Positions 1-10,441 of a stretch of 64,000 bases of DNA are shown here, one piece after another. Under the pieces are notes generated by a model, which worked only from the letters and a program-made list of their open reading frames with translations, had not been told where the DNA came from and ran no database searches. Made by a program: the position numbers and the translations under genes. Where the stretch lies: contig CAVTCS010000003.1 in assembly GCA_963733295.1 (NCBI GenBank), forward strand, positions 2,908,113 through 2,972,112. Reading direction: 5' to 3'. Origin of the DNA: Vulcanimicrobiota bacterium. Its GTDB lineage: Bacteria; Vulcanimicrobiota; Vulcanimicrobiia; Vulcanimicrobiales; Vulcanimicrobiaceae. Each line of letters starts with the position of its first letter. Position 1 is the stretch's first letter.

Positions 1-1
1 A

Positions 2-508
2 AATAAGGCGGTCGCCGCGGTGCGAAGGCGCGGGGAGCTGGGTGAGTTCTCGACCCCGTTGAGCGGCAAGATGCTGGAGATCGCGCAGAAGATCGCGCAT
101 CGGGTTACGGACGATTTCGTTTCCGGTAAGATTTCGGAGGTCGTGCTGGTTTCGTCCGAGTTCGTTTCGATGATGCTGCAGCGGCCGCAGGTTCGAACGC
201 TCGTGCCGATCGTGGCCGAGAAGAAAGAACGGCCCGAGGGGCCGCGCGGTGCGGTTGAGTTTGCGCCGTCGCCCGAGGCTGTATTGAAGGCGCTCTTGCC
301 GAAGTATCTTGAATTCTCGTTGTACTCGGCGATGCTCGAGACGGATGCTTCCTTCTATGCAGCGCAGTTGGTGGCGATGAGTAATGCGACGGATAACGCC
401 GGCAAACTCATCGACGAGTTGACGTTGCAGATGAATAAGGCGCGTCAGGGCGCAATTACGAAAGAGATACTCGAAATCGTCGGCGGCGCCGAAGCGCTCG
501 CAGGCTAA
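2..508 (+). CDS. atpG: F0F1 ATP synthase subunit gamma, 5'-truncated by the window edge
   Basis: C-terminal motif AMSNATDNAGKLIDELTLQMNKARQGAITKEILEIVGGA; directly upstream of atpD; frame open from base 2. Confidence 0.97.
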   Translation, partial: NKAVAAVRRRGELGEFSTPLSGKMLEIAQKIAHRVTDDFVSGKISEVVLVSSEFVSMMLQRPQVRTLVPIVAEKKERPEGPRGAVEFAPSPEAVLKALLPKYLEFSLYSAMLETDASFYAAQLVAMSNATDNAGKLIDELTLQMNKARQGAITKEILEIVGGAEALAG

Positions 509-519
509 CAGGGGAATAG

Positions 520-2024
<1,505 letters not shown>

Positions 2025-2025
<1 letters not shown>

Positions 2026-2438
2026 TGGCGAACACCATTCCGTTCAGGTTGATCACGCCGACGCAGGTCGCGTACGAGGGCGACGCGGAGCTCGTCATCG
2101 CCGTAGGAACCGAGGGCGAAGAAGGGATCTTACCGTTGCACGCACCCTTCCTCACGGCGCTGCGTCCGGGCGTGTTGCGCGCGAACGTCGTCGAGAACGG
2201 CGTCGCGAAGCGCGTCGAGTTTGCGACCGGCGAGGGCTTCATGCAAGCGCTGCCGGACCGGGTCAGCGTTCTCGTCGACGCCGCGCTCACGAGCGACGAG
2301 GTCGACGTCGACGCGGCACGCAAGGAGTTGGAAGCGGCGACCGAGCAGCTTCGGGGTCTCGCGCCGCACTCGCCCGAAGCAGCCCGCGAGCGCGTGCGCG
2401 TGGATTTCGCGACGGCCAAGTTGACCGTGGCGGGCTAA
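2025..2438 (+). CDS. atpC: F0F1 ATP synthase subunit epsilon
   Basis: ITP...GEEGILPLHAPFLTALRPG motif; coupled to atpD by TGATG overlap. Confidence 0.96.
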
Positions 2439-2462
2439 GCCAAAGCAAAGAGAGGTCTCGCC

Positions 2463-3776
2463 GTGAAGATGACCGTTCCGTTTTCCGAAGCATCGCGCCG
2501 GTTCGGCTTCGCCGTTGTCGCGGCCGTTGCGCTCGCGTGTCCCGCGCTCGCGACCTCGGGCGCTTCGACCGACGTCACCCAGTTCCGCATGAACGCCGCC
2601 AACAACGCGGTCGTGGGCGGAAACCTGCGCGCTGCGTGGACGTTCGAAACCGGCGGCCCGATCTCCGCAAGCCCGACCGTCGTCGACGGAGTCTTATACC
2701 TCGGCAACAACATGGGCCGTCTCGTCGCGCTCGACGTGCGCACCGGGAAACTGATCTGGTCGCAGCAAGCCAAGAACGATCTGATGGCCCAGCCGCTGGT
2801 TTTGGGAAATCAAGTCGTGGTCGGCGAGGGAAACGAGGAGTCCGACGTACGGTCCGGCGTCGTTCACGTGGGCACCGGCGAAAACGCGATCCTTTCGTTC
2901 GATCGCGCAACCGGCAAACCGATGTGGTCCGCACCTCTGGGCGGCACCGGGATGCCGACTCCGGCGCTCGTTGGGGGAGTGCTGGTCGATCACAACGGTA
3001 GCGGCGACGTCGTCGGCATCGATCCCGCGACCGGGAAGATCAAGTACCAACGTTTCACCGGAACGATCCCTTCGATGGTCGGGCTTATGCCGGTCGGCAA
3101 GTTCGCGGTCATCAGCGGTGGTCAAACGAAGACTACGATGGTCGCGCTCAACGCAAGCGACGGCAGTACGATCTGGCAGCGCGAATTTCCCAAAGCCTCG
3201 GGCCTCGGCGACTGTCCGCCGGCCGGCGACGGGCAGCTCGTCTTCTGCGATTACGTCGCTCTGATTCCACCCGAAGACTTCGTGCAAGCCGGCAAGCTGA
3301 ACACGCTGCACGCCTATGCGCTCGATGCGATGACCGGCGCGCCGGTGTGGGACACCGCCCTCGAGTCCGGCATCCTGCCCAAACGGAATCAGTCGGCGAT
3401 CCCGCTCTACGACAGCGGAACGCTCTTTCTGGGCAGCGCGATCGCGCCATACATGCACGCGCTCGACGCGCAGACCGGCAAATTGCTGTGGCGCACGAAG
3501 GTGCGCGGTCCGGTGAAGAACGGCCCGGTCGCCGTCGCCGGCGTTCTGTACTTCGGCGACCTCGGCGGCAACCTGTGGGCGCTCGACGAGAAGACGGGCA
3601 AAGTCATCGGCGTGCGGCACCAGAAGACGAAGTTCAACGTGGGCTCGGCGATCGTCGTCGGCAAAACGCTCATCATCGGAAGTGCGACGGGACGCATCGT
3701 CGCAGTGCCGCTCGACGTCATCAAGACTTCACACGACAAAGCCCCGCCCGCCGCCGCAGCAAAGGGCGCGCCCTAA
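2463..3776 (+). CDS. Secreted PQQ-like/BamB-like beta-propeller repeat protein
   Basis: Signal peptide; repeated 'LxALDxxTGKxxW' blade motifs; AGAGG ribosome-binding site. Confidence 0.8.
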   Translation: MKMTVPFSEASRRFGFAVVAAVALACPALATSGASTDVTQFRMNAANNAVVGGNLRAAWTFETGGPISASPTVVDGVLYLGNNMGRLVALDVRTGKLIWSQQAKNDLMAQPLVLGNQVVVGEGNEESDVRSGVVHVGTGENAILSFDRATGKPMWSAPLGGTGMPTPALVGGVLVDHNGSGDVVGIDPATGKIKYQRFTGTIPSMVGLMPVGKFAVISGGQTKTTMVALNASDGSTIWQREFPKASGLGDCPPAGDGQLVFCDYVALIPPEDFVQAGKLNTLHAYALDAMTGAPVWDTALESGILPKRNQSAIPLYDSGTLFLGSAIAPYMHALDAQTGKLLWRTKVRGPVKNGPVAVAGVLYFGDLGGNLWALDEKTGKVIGVRHQKTKFNVGSAIVVGKTLIIGSATGRIVAVPLDVIKTSHDKAPPAAAAKGAP

Positions 3777-3786
3777 CCCGGCGTCG

Positions 3787-4956
3787 CTACGCTTTTGGGC
3801 CGGGAGTCTCGACGGCGGGCACGAGCGCTTGCTCCGCAGCGTCGCGCTTCCAGGGCGGATCGAGGCGCAACAGCGGGCGCTCGAAGTAGTACGTGAAGAA
3901 CGCTCCGATCGCGATTCCGGTGACCGTCACGATAATCGTCAGCGGAAGCGGGGCGATGATTTGGCTGAACGCCCGGGCGATCATCACGAAGATGAAATCG
4001 TGCCAGAGGTAGACGTTGTAGGAGACCGCCGCGAAGAAAAGCAGCACGGGGTTGCCGAGCGCTTTGCGCCACCAACCGGCGCCGAAGGCCGAGCCGAGCG
4101 CGATCGCGATAAAGGTGAGCGAAATCCCCAGCCGGCCCAAGATCGCCCAATTTTCACGCCAGTGCGGTTGGGTGCGCGTCACCCACAGAGCGTCCAGCAG
4201 GTCGAGAGTGAGCAGCACAGCCGCTAGCGCGGTAAAAGTTGCGGCTTGCGTGTGCCAGCTCGCGGGCTTCACATGCGCGCGCAGGCGGACGTACAGATAC
4301 GCGGCGGCCATCCCGCCCACGAAGAGGTCGAGATACGCGGGTAGCTGTGCCGTGAGCACCGGATGATGGTCGAGGTACGGGAAGGTGACGAGACGGTAGA
4401 CGCATGCGACGATGCACGCCGCCAGCCACGTCGCCAGCGGATAACGCCCGAAGACGCGCGCGAGAAGCGGAAAGATGAGGTAGAACTGCACCTCGACCGA
4501 GAGCGACCAAAGCGCGGCGTTGATCTGCCCGAACGGATGAACGTCTTGCAGGTTGAGGATGAAGCCGAAGTGGACCGCGAGCGTCCAGAGCAGATCGTAC
4601 GGCGTCCGCATTTCCACGCCGCCGACGAGCAGCATGACCAAGATGACGAGCACGTATGACGGTACGATCTTGATGAAGCGCCGCCAAGCGAAGGTGGCGA
4701 GGTCGTCGAGTGGCCGCGCTTCGAACAGGTTGCGCGCGTAGGGATAAAACAGCGCGAAGCCGCTGATGAAAAAGAACAACTCGACGCCGATGAAGCCGGT
4801 GCCCGCGAACTTCTCGAAGTTGAGCGTGTACCCGAAGACCGGAACGAACGGCAGCCACTGCCCCGCGAGGTAGGCGTGGTACCACACGACCATGAGTATC
4901 GCGATGCCGCGCAGCCCATCGAGCCACTCGATGCGGTGCTTGAGTGAGTGCGTCAC
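3787..4956 (-). CDS. Membrane O-acyltransferase (acyltransferase-3/OafA family)
   Basis: LDGLRGIAILMVVWYH, GVELFFFISGF, RRFIKIVP, LWSLSVEVQFY, SYNVYLWH motifs. Confidence 0.92.
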   Translation of the reverse strand: MTHSLKHRIEWLDGLRGIAILMVVWYHAYLAGQWLPFVPVFGYTLNFEKFAGTGFIGVELFFFISGFALFYPYARNLFEARPLDDLATFAWRRFIKIVPSYVLVILVMLLVGGVEMRTPYDLLWTLAVHFGFILNLQDVHPFGQINAALWSLSVEVQFYLIFPLLARVFGRYPLATWLAACIVACVYRLVTFPYLDHHPVLTAQLPAYLDLFVGGMAAAYLYVRLRAHVKPASWHTQAATFTALAAVLLTLDLLDALWVTRTQPHWRENWAILGRLGISLTFIAIALGSAFGAGWWRKALGNPVLLFFAAVSYNVYLWHDFIFVMIARAFSQIIAPLPLTIIVTVTGIAIGAFFTYYFERPLLRLDPPWKRDAAEQALVPAVETPGPKA

Positions 4957-4959
4957 ACC

Positions 4960-5472
4960 TTAGGTATCGAACGCGTACCCGTGCTCCCGGAGGGTCTCGT
5001 GACCCAATTCGAAACTGCCGGCCCCCCAGCGCCGGCCGCCCAGGCCCCGGTAGAAGGCGTCCGCAGCCTCGTTCCCATCGAGTACCCAGAGCAGCATGGT
5101 CCGAAAGCCGCGTTCGCGCAACCTCTGCCGGGCCGTTTCGAACAGCGCCCGGCCGGCACCGCGACGCTGATACGCGGCGTCGAGATAGATCGCGTAGAGT
5201 TCGCCGTCGAATTCGGGCTCTTCGCCACGGTTGGGTCCGCACGCGGCGAAGCCGGCAAGCGCGCCGTCGCATTCGGCGATGAAGAGCGAGGTCGCGCCGC
5301 CCGTCCCGAGCGCTTCACTCCAACCGGCCTCGCGATCGGCGTAGCTGTGCGCTTCGACGGCGGCCGGGGGCATGAGATCGCGGTAGGTCGCGCGCCACGC
5401 GTCGACGTGAAGGCGCGCAATCGCCGGAACGTCGCCGGTCACGGCTTCGCGCACGAGCAGCCGTCCCGTCAT
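4960..5472 (-). CDS. GNAT family N-acetyltransferase
   Basis: C-terminal part of ORF 4960..6573; ATG at 5472 overlaps the gntK stop; motifs ELYAIYLDAAYQRRGAGRAL and LWVLDGNEAADAFYRGLG. Confidence 0.88.
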   Translation of the reverse strand: MTGRLLVREAVTGDVPAIARLHVDAWRATYRDLMPPAAVEAHSYADREAGWSEALGTGGATSLFIAECDGALAGFAACGPNRGEEPEFDGELYAIYLDAAYQRRGAGRALFETARQRLRERGFRTMLLWVLDGNEAADAFYRGLGGRRWGAGSFELGHETLREHGYAFDT

Positions 5473-6992
5473 GCGATGACGGGTTGCGGCTCCGCGAGAT
5501 AGAGCGGCAGCACGGCGTCGACGCACGTGCGGTAACGCGCGAAGATCTCGCGATACTTCTCGACCAGCGCCGGCTGCGGGTCGTGCACGAAGCGCGGATG
5601 GAGCAGAGCGGCGACGGCCTCCGGTCCGGCCAGCGCGCCGGTTGCGATCCCGGCCATCGCGGCCGCCCCGAAGGCCGAGGCCTCGTCTTGGTCGGCCAGA
5701 ACCGCCTGCGCAGCGAACACGTCGGCGACGATCTGGCGCACCAGCGGCGCGTGCGTCAATCCGCCTGAGAGCCTGATGCGCGTGGGCTTTGGGACGCGCT
5801 CGCGCATGATCTCGAGGACCGTTCCCAGCGCGAAGACGACGCTCTCGAAGCCGGCGCGAAAGATGTCGGAGCGCTCGTGCGAGAGATCGAGGCCTAAGAT
5901 GCCGCCGCGAAGTTCGGCGAGCCAATACGGCGCGCGCTCGCCGCCGAGGAACGGCAGAACCGTCACGCCGTTTGCTCCGGGCGGTGAGGTCTCGGCGAGC
6001 GCGACCGCGCGCGCGAAACGTTCCGTTTCGGGAACTTCGCTCATGAATAATTCGTGCAACTTGTTGAGCGCCGCGCCGGCCGAACTCGTCGGACCGCCGA
6101 CGATGTAGCGCGTGTCGTCGAAGGCGTAACAGAAGGTCCGTCCGTGTTCGTCGAAAAGCGTGCGGTCGACGACGGTGCGAATCGCGCCGCTGGTCCCGAG
6201 CGTGAGGGCGAGTTCGCCCGGCGCGACCGCGCCGACGCCTAAGTTGGCGAGTGCCCCATCGCTTGAAGCGAGCACGATGCTCGGTTCTTCGGTGAGGCCG
6301 AGCGCCTTCGCGACCGTCGGCCGCAGCGAGCGCAGCGTCGTCGAGGGCGGCGCCGGACGCGACAGCTTCGAGCTGTCGACGCGCGCAAGTTCGAGCGCGC
6401 GATCGCTCCATTCGCGGGCGCGAATGTCGAACAAGCCGGTCCCGGAAGCCATGCCGTGATCGATCAGCCACTCGCCCGTCCAGCGGAAGACGAGCAGCTC
6501 TTTCATCGAGACGAATCTCGCGGCGCGCGCGAAGGCGGCCGGATCGTTCTCGGAAAGCCAACGCAGCTTGCACGAAGGCAGCATCGGATGGACCGGCGCG
6601 CCGGTGCGCGCATACAGCAAGTCGGCCGTTCCGTCCGCACGCCAGCGTTCGGCGACCTCCGCGCTGCGCCGGTCCATCCAGGTCAAGAGCGGGCCGATCG
6701 GCTCGCCGTTCGCGTCGACCGGAAGTATGCCGTGCATCGCGCTCGAGAAGCCGATGGCCGCGACGTCGTTGCCGCGCAAATGGATGTCCGCCAGAACCTC
6801 GTGCACGGTCTTCAGCGTCGCCGCATACACCGCGTCGGCGTCCTGCTCGACCCAGCCGGGTCGCGGCGTCTCGAGCGGATAGAACGACGAGGATTCGGTC
6901 ACGATTCTGCCGCCGGGCGTGCAGGCCAGAACCTTCACCGCGCTCGTGCCGAGGTCAACGCCGAGCAGCAGCGGCGGCTCGAGCGCCTTCAC
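5469..6992 (-). CDS. gntK: FGGY-family carbohydrate kinase, gluconokinase-like
   Basis: GVDLGTSAVK, FSSAMHG, PVHPML, SDGALANLGVGA, GTSGAIR, FCY and LPFLGGERAPYW motifs as in Bacillus-type GntK. Confidence 0.8.
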   Translation of the reverse strand: MKALEPPLLLGVDLGTSAVKVLACTPGGRIVTESSSFYPLETPRPGWVEQDADAVYAATLKTVHEVLADIHLRGNDVAAIGFSSAMHGILPVDANGEPIGPLLTWMDRRSAEVAERWRADGTADLLYARTGAPVHPMLPSCKLRWLSENDPAAFARAARFVSMKELLVFRWTGEWLIDHGMASGTGLFDIRAREWSDRALELARVDSSKLSRPAPPSTTLRSLRPTVAKALGLTEEPSIVLASSDGALANLGVGAVAPGELALTLGTSGAIRTVVDRTLFDEHGRTFCYAFDDTRYIVGGPTSSAGAALNKLHELFMSEVPETERFARAVALAETSPPGANGVTVLPFLGGERAPYWLAELRGGILGLDLSHERSDIFRAGFESVVFALGTVLEIMRERVPKPTRIRLSGGLTHAPLVRQIVADVFAAQAVLADQDEASAFGAAAMAGIATGALAGPEAVAALLHPRFVHDPQPALVEKYREIFARYRTCVDAVLPLYLAEPQPVIA

Positions 6993-7066
6993 GCGTTCCG
7001 ACCGGCGTTCACGCTGCAGCCGTTCGTCTTGCCTGACAAAAGACCCTCACCGCGGTCATCCGCAGG

Positions 7067-7324
7067 TTACTGCGCTTCGAGCTTGCCTTCAGTAAGGCGC
7101 GTTGCAACGTCCGTTCCTTGGGCAGTCAAGATCCAAGGCCATGATACGCATCGGTTCCACGGGGATAGCTTTGCTCGACGAGTGCAATCTTTTCTAACGC
7201 GATGAGAAGACGAATGACGGCTGCCGTTTTGCAGACCGCATTTTCTTGAAAGGAGTGTCGGGGTAGAGCGATTATTGCCATCACTCTCCGATTGCGCTGC
7301 TTTGAGTATCGCCGCTCCGTCCAT
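7067..7324 (-). pseudogene. Cryptic winged-helix protein with two compensating frameshifts
   Basis: Joining ORF 7067..7369 with the middle of ORF 7126..7386 gives AAILKAAQ...TPTLLSRKCGLQTAAVIRLLIALEKIALVEQ...WILTAQG, a winged-helix pattern. Confidence 0.5.
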
Positions 7325-7427
7325 TGACAGGTTCCGCACGTGTCGGTCCTCGAGTCCGTATGCCGGCAAGATGAAGGGCCGTTCAAGTGAGCACGACTCC
7401 GTGCCTTTCTGCCGGCTTTGGCCTCGG

Positions 7428-8705
7428 TTATGCTTTCATAGCCAAGCGGAAGGCGTCAGCCATATCGTCTTGCTCGTTCCGCTTGAGGCCCAGCGACGTC
7501 GCGGTATCGCTCCATTGGCGGACGGCGTCGGCGATGCGCTCGATTGTCAACTTCGCATCTGCATCTTTGATTCGAAAATAAGATGCGACCGAGCGCGCGA
7601 GATCGAGATCGAGGGCGTTGTCGCTTTCATCAATATTCAAAGATAAACCGGACGACCCCGGAACCGGGTTCATGTCATACGCTTCGGAAAGTCGCCAGCC
7701 TGCGTTCGGCGCGAGTAGAAAACCGTGGTTGCGCAAATGGTCATCGGTGTTCGAGACCATGATGTTGAATACGATACGAGACCAGAGTTCTGCCAGATCC
7801 TCGCGCGGCGCAGCGCCATTCGACACTATGACGTCCGCGATTTCCAGATAGCTGGCGCCGGAGGAGGCATCCGCACCATCTATGTGACCGGTAAGGGTCA
7901 TCGCCGACGCAAAGTGGACGCGCTCTCCGGGCTCGCGACGATCGAAACGGCGTACCATGAATGTATGGGCCGCCTCCGTAAAAGTCCGGGCCTCACTCGC
8001 CGGCACACGTATCCCGCTCCGCTCAGCGAGCTTCGCAAGCACGAGCTCCCATGCGCCGACATCGTATCGATCTCGAACGCTCGGGAATTTTGCGATCCAG
8101 AGACGTCCGTCGACGTCGGCGACGGTTGCTTTTGGTCTGGCCCCGCCGAGTGATGCGCCCGGAGCCAGGAGCAAACGAAGCCACTCATCGGCCGCCGGAT
8201 CAACATTCTGCCTGTCCTCTTCGATCGCACGGCTCGCAGCCTCGAGTTCGCGCAAGCGTACGAACGGCGGTGCGGCGCTTCCATCGCGGTCGTCAAGGAA
8301 CGGGCCATTTCCGGGAAGTTTGTAGCGCAGGGCGCCGGATCGAAACACATCGTGGACGCCGAGTAAGTAGTCCGATTCGCCAAGGCGCGCATTTTCGGGG
8401 ACGAGACCCGCGCGCTTGTCACGCTCGAAGCGGCGTCGGATGAGGGTTTCTCCCCAGCGATCTGGGCTCGAATCCTTGAAGACGCCGAACATCGTGCGTC
8501 CATCACGTGGAAATTGCGGCCCTGGAAAAAGTCCTAGGTCCGGATCGAGCGTCTGTTTCGCGAGTGTCGCGTCGTTTATGGCGCCATCGTCGAAGGTGAA
8601 GTCGAAGAGTTCGCTCGTTCGCCCGCGCCGAACGCGCAACGCTCCGAGTCGTTTCGCGGGCTGGCCCGTGCTCCAGTCGGCATACACCTCGATGAGGCCA
8701 TTCAT
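7428..8705 (-). CDS. hipA: HipA-family Ser/Thr kinase toxin
   Basis: DSSPDRWG, SLGGARPKA, WIAKFP, NTDDHLRNHGFL, AYDMNP motifs. Confidence 0.93.
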   Translation of the reverse strand: MNGLIEVYADWSTGQPAKRLGALRVRRGRTSELFDFTFDDGAINDATLAKQTLDPDLGLFPGPQFPRDGRTMFGVFKDSSPDRWGETLIRRRFERDKRAGLVPENARLGESDYLLGVHDVFRSGALRYKLPGNGPFLDDRDGSAAPPFVRLRELEAASRAIEEDRQNVDPAADEWLRLLLAPGASLGGARPKATVADVDGRLWIAKFPSVRDRYDVGAWELVLAKLAERSGIRVPASEARTFTEAAHTFMVRRFDRREPGERVHFASAMTLTGHIDGADASSGASYLEIADVIVSNGAAPREDLAELWSRIVFNIMVSNTDDHLRNHGFLLAPNAGWRLSEAYDMNPVPGSSGLSLNIDESDNALDLDLARSVASYFRIKDADAKLTIERIADAVRQWSDTATSLGLKRNEQDDMADAFRLAMKA

Positions 8706-9019
8706 GGAGAGGCGCTCTTCGTGCGCGCGCGGCGCGGAAGGGCGGCATCCTGAAGATCGCGACCGAGCGTATCCAATTCCGCGACTCGATCGAGATCGCC
8801 GTCGAGCCCGAGAACGTGCAAGACTCCGGCGTACGCGCCGATCGTGACGCCGGCTCCGCCTTTCTCGAGGCTGCGCAGCGTCATCAGCGACATCCCGGCC
8901 CGTTCAGCGACCAGTTTTGCGGGCAAGCCGCGGCGAAGGCGCGCAGCCCGAATCCGTTCGCCGAGGCGAAAAAGCCGGCGCTGCGTGGTCGGAAGCAAGA
9001 GAGCGGTGCGTTTTGCCAT
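8702..9019 (-). CDS. XRE-family HTH protein, HipB-like antitoxin/regulator
   Basis: LGERIRAARLRR...VAERAGMSLMTLRSLEKG HTH; ATGA overlap with hipA. Confidence 0.88.
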   Translation of the reverse strand: MAKRTALLLPTTQRRLFRLGERIRAARLRRGLPAKLVAERAGMSLMTLRSLEKGGAGVTIGAYAGVLHVLGLDGDLDRVAELDTLGRDLQDAALPRRARTKSASP

Positions 9020-9068
9020 GCCTATATTCTAGCACTTATGGCATTTTAATGCTATAATAATGGCACTT
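9020..9068 (-). promoter_or_regulatory. Extended -10 promoter (TGcTAGAAT) for a probably leaderless TA transcript, with TGCYAT inverted repeats
   Basis: Minus-strand TAGAAT at 9031-9026, 6 nt before the ATG; imperfect palindromes at 9038-9055 and 9050-9065. Confidence 0.6.
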
Positions 9069-9087
9069 TTGGTTGAAGGCTGCCTTG

Positions 9088-10386
9088 TTAGGTAGGCTCC
9101 GGGATCGGCTCGATCTTTCCTAGGACGAACCAGTAGCTGATGATGCCGATGACCAGCACGACGCCGGCGGTCGAGAGCGCGAGCGTGAACGAACCGGTCT
9201 GTTGCACGATGAAGCCGGTCGCGATGGGAGCCGCCGCGTTCGCGAGGTTGTTGAAGCAGTTCATGATCCCGCCGATCGTGCCCACGCTGCCCTTCGGCGA
9301 GATCAGGCCCGGGATCGACCAGCCGACCGGCGCCGAGAACGCGACGCCGCCGAGCGCGATCGAGACCCACACGATCGCGACGTTGATGTCTTTGGTGAAG
9401 GCGGCGCCGACGATGGCGAGTCCGAGCACCATCCCGGCGATCAAGATCGACTTGCGCACGCGAGTCGAGTCGTAGCCCTTGCGGATGAGGTAGTCGACGA
9501 GAAAGCCACCGATCGCGATGTCGGTTACCGTCGCGACCGCCCACGGAATGGCGGCGTAACCTGCCGAGCCGAGCAAACTGGTATGAAAGGTGGTTTTCAA
9601 GTAGCTGGGCAGCCAGGTGATGAGCAATCCGAAGAGATAGCCGTAGGCGCTGAAGCCGATCGTTAAGCCCCAAACCTTTGCCTTCGAGATCAGATAACCG
9701 AGCCGGGCGCCCTCGTTCGTCGTGGAGGAGAGGCCCTCGGGCTGCGCGCCCCCTTCCACGATGTAGCGGTATTCCGAGGGCGAGACGCGCTTGTGTTTGC
9801 TCGGGTTCCGATAGAAGAAAAAGTAGATGATGAAGTAGATGAAGCTCAAGCCGGCGGTAAAGAAGAACGCGACGCGCCAGCCGTAGCTAAAGACGACGAA
9901 TGCGATGATCGGTACGGCGATGACGTTCGAAAATTTCGCCGCCGCGTCGAAGATCGAGGTCGCGAGGCCGCGCTCGACGTTCGGAAACCAGTAGCTGGTC
10001 GCTTTCGCGTTGGCCGGGAAGGCCGGAGCCTCGGCGACGCCGAGAAAACCGCGCGCGACGTTGAGGAAAGCGAAGCTCGGGGCGATAGCGCTCAGCACCG
10101 CAGCGATGCCCCAGAAAAACGCGCCGATGCGTCCGATCAAAACGACCCCGAATCGATCGAGGATGATGCCGACCGGAATCTGACACAACGCGTAGACCCA
10201 AAAGAACGTCGCGCTGAGCAGGCCGAACTCGGCGGGGCCGATCCCGAACTCCTTATGAAGCGGGTCTTGTGAGACCGAAAGCGCGACCCGGTCGAAGTAG
10301 TTGATCAGAATCCCGAAGCCCAGCAGGAGCGCGATCTCCCACCGGATGCGCGTAGCGGGGCGTGGCAGCGCGGCGGCGGATCCCAT
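9088..10386 (-). CDS. MFS transporter, ACS (sugar-acid) family
   Basis: INYFDRVALSV, QIPVGIILDRFG, EAPAFPANAKATSYWFPNVERGLAT motifs; about 12 hydrophobic segments. Confidence 0.88.
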   Translation of the reverse strand: MGSAAALPRPATRIRWEIALLLGFGILINYFDRVALSVSQDPLHKEFGIGPAEFGLLSATFFWVYALCQIPVGIILDRFGVVLIGRIGAFFWGIAAVLSAIAPSFAFLNVARGFLGVAEAPAFPANAKATSYWFPNVERGLATSIFDAAAKFSNVIAVPIIAFVVFSYGWRVAFFFTAGLSFIYFIIYFFFYRNPSKHKRVSPSEYRYIVEGGAQPEGLSSTTNEGARLGYLISKAKVWGLTIGFSAYGYLFGLLITWLPSYLKTTFHTSLLGSAGYAAIPWAVATVTDIAIGGFLVDYLIRKGYDSTRVRKSILIAGMVLGLAIVGAAFTKDINVAIVWVSIALGGVAFSAPVGWSIPGLISPKGSVGTIGGIMNCFNNLANAAAPIATGFIVQQTGSFTLALSTAGVVLVIGIISYWFVLGKIEPIPEPT

Positions 10387-10441
10387 GGCCGGTCGCTTCC
10401 ACGGGGACGGAGAGCGGCCCCCGTCAATGGAAAGGGGGAGC

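Noticed and set aside
4960..6573. 537-aa ORF as a large GNAT fusion
   Set aside because: The N-terminal 367 codons overlap gntK in another frame; only the part from ATG 5472 looks like a protein.
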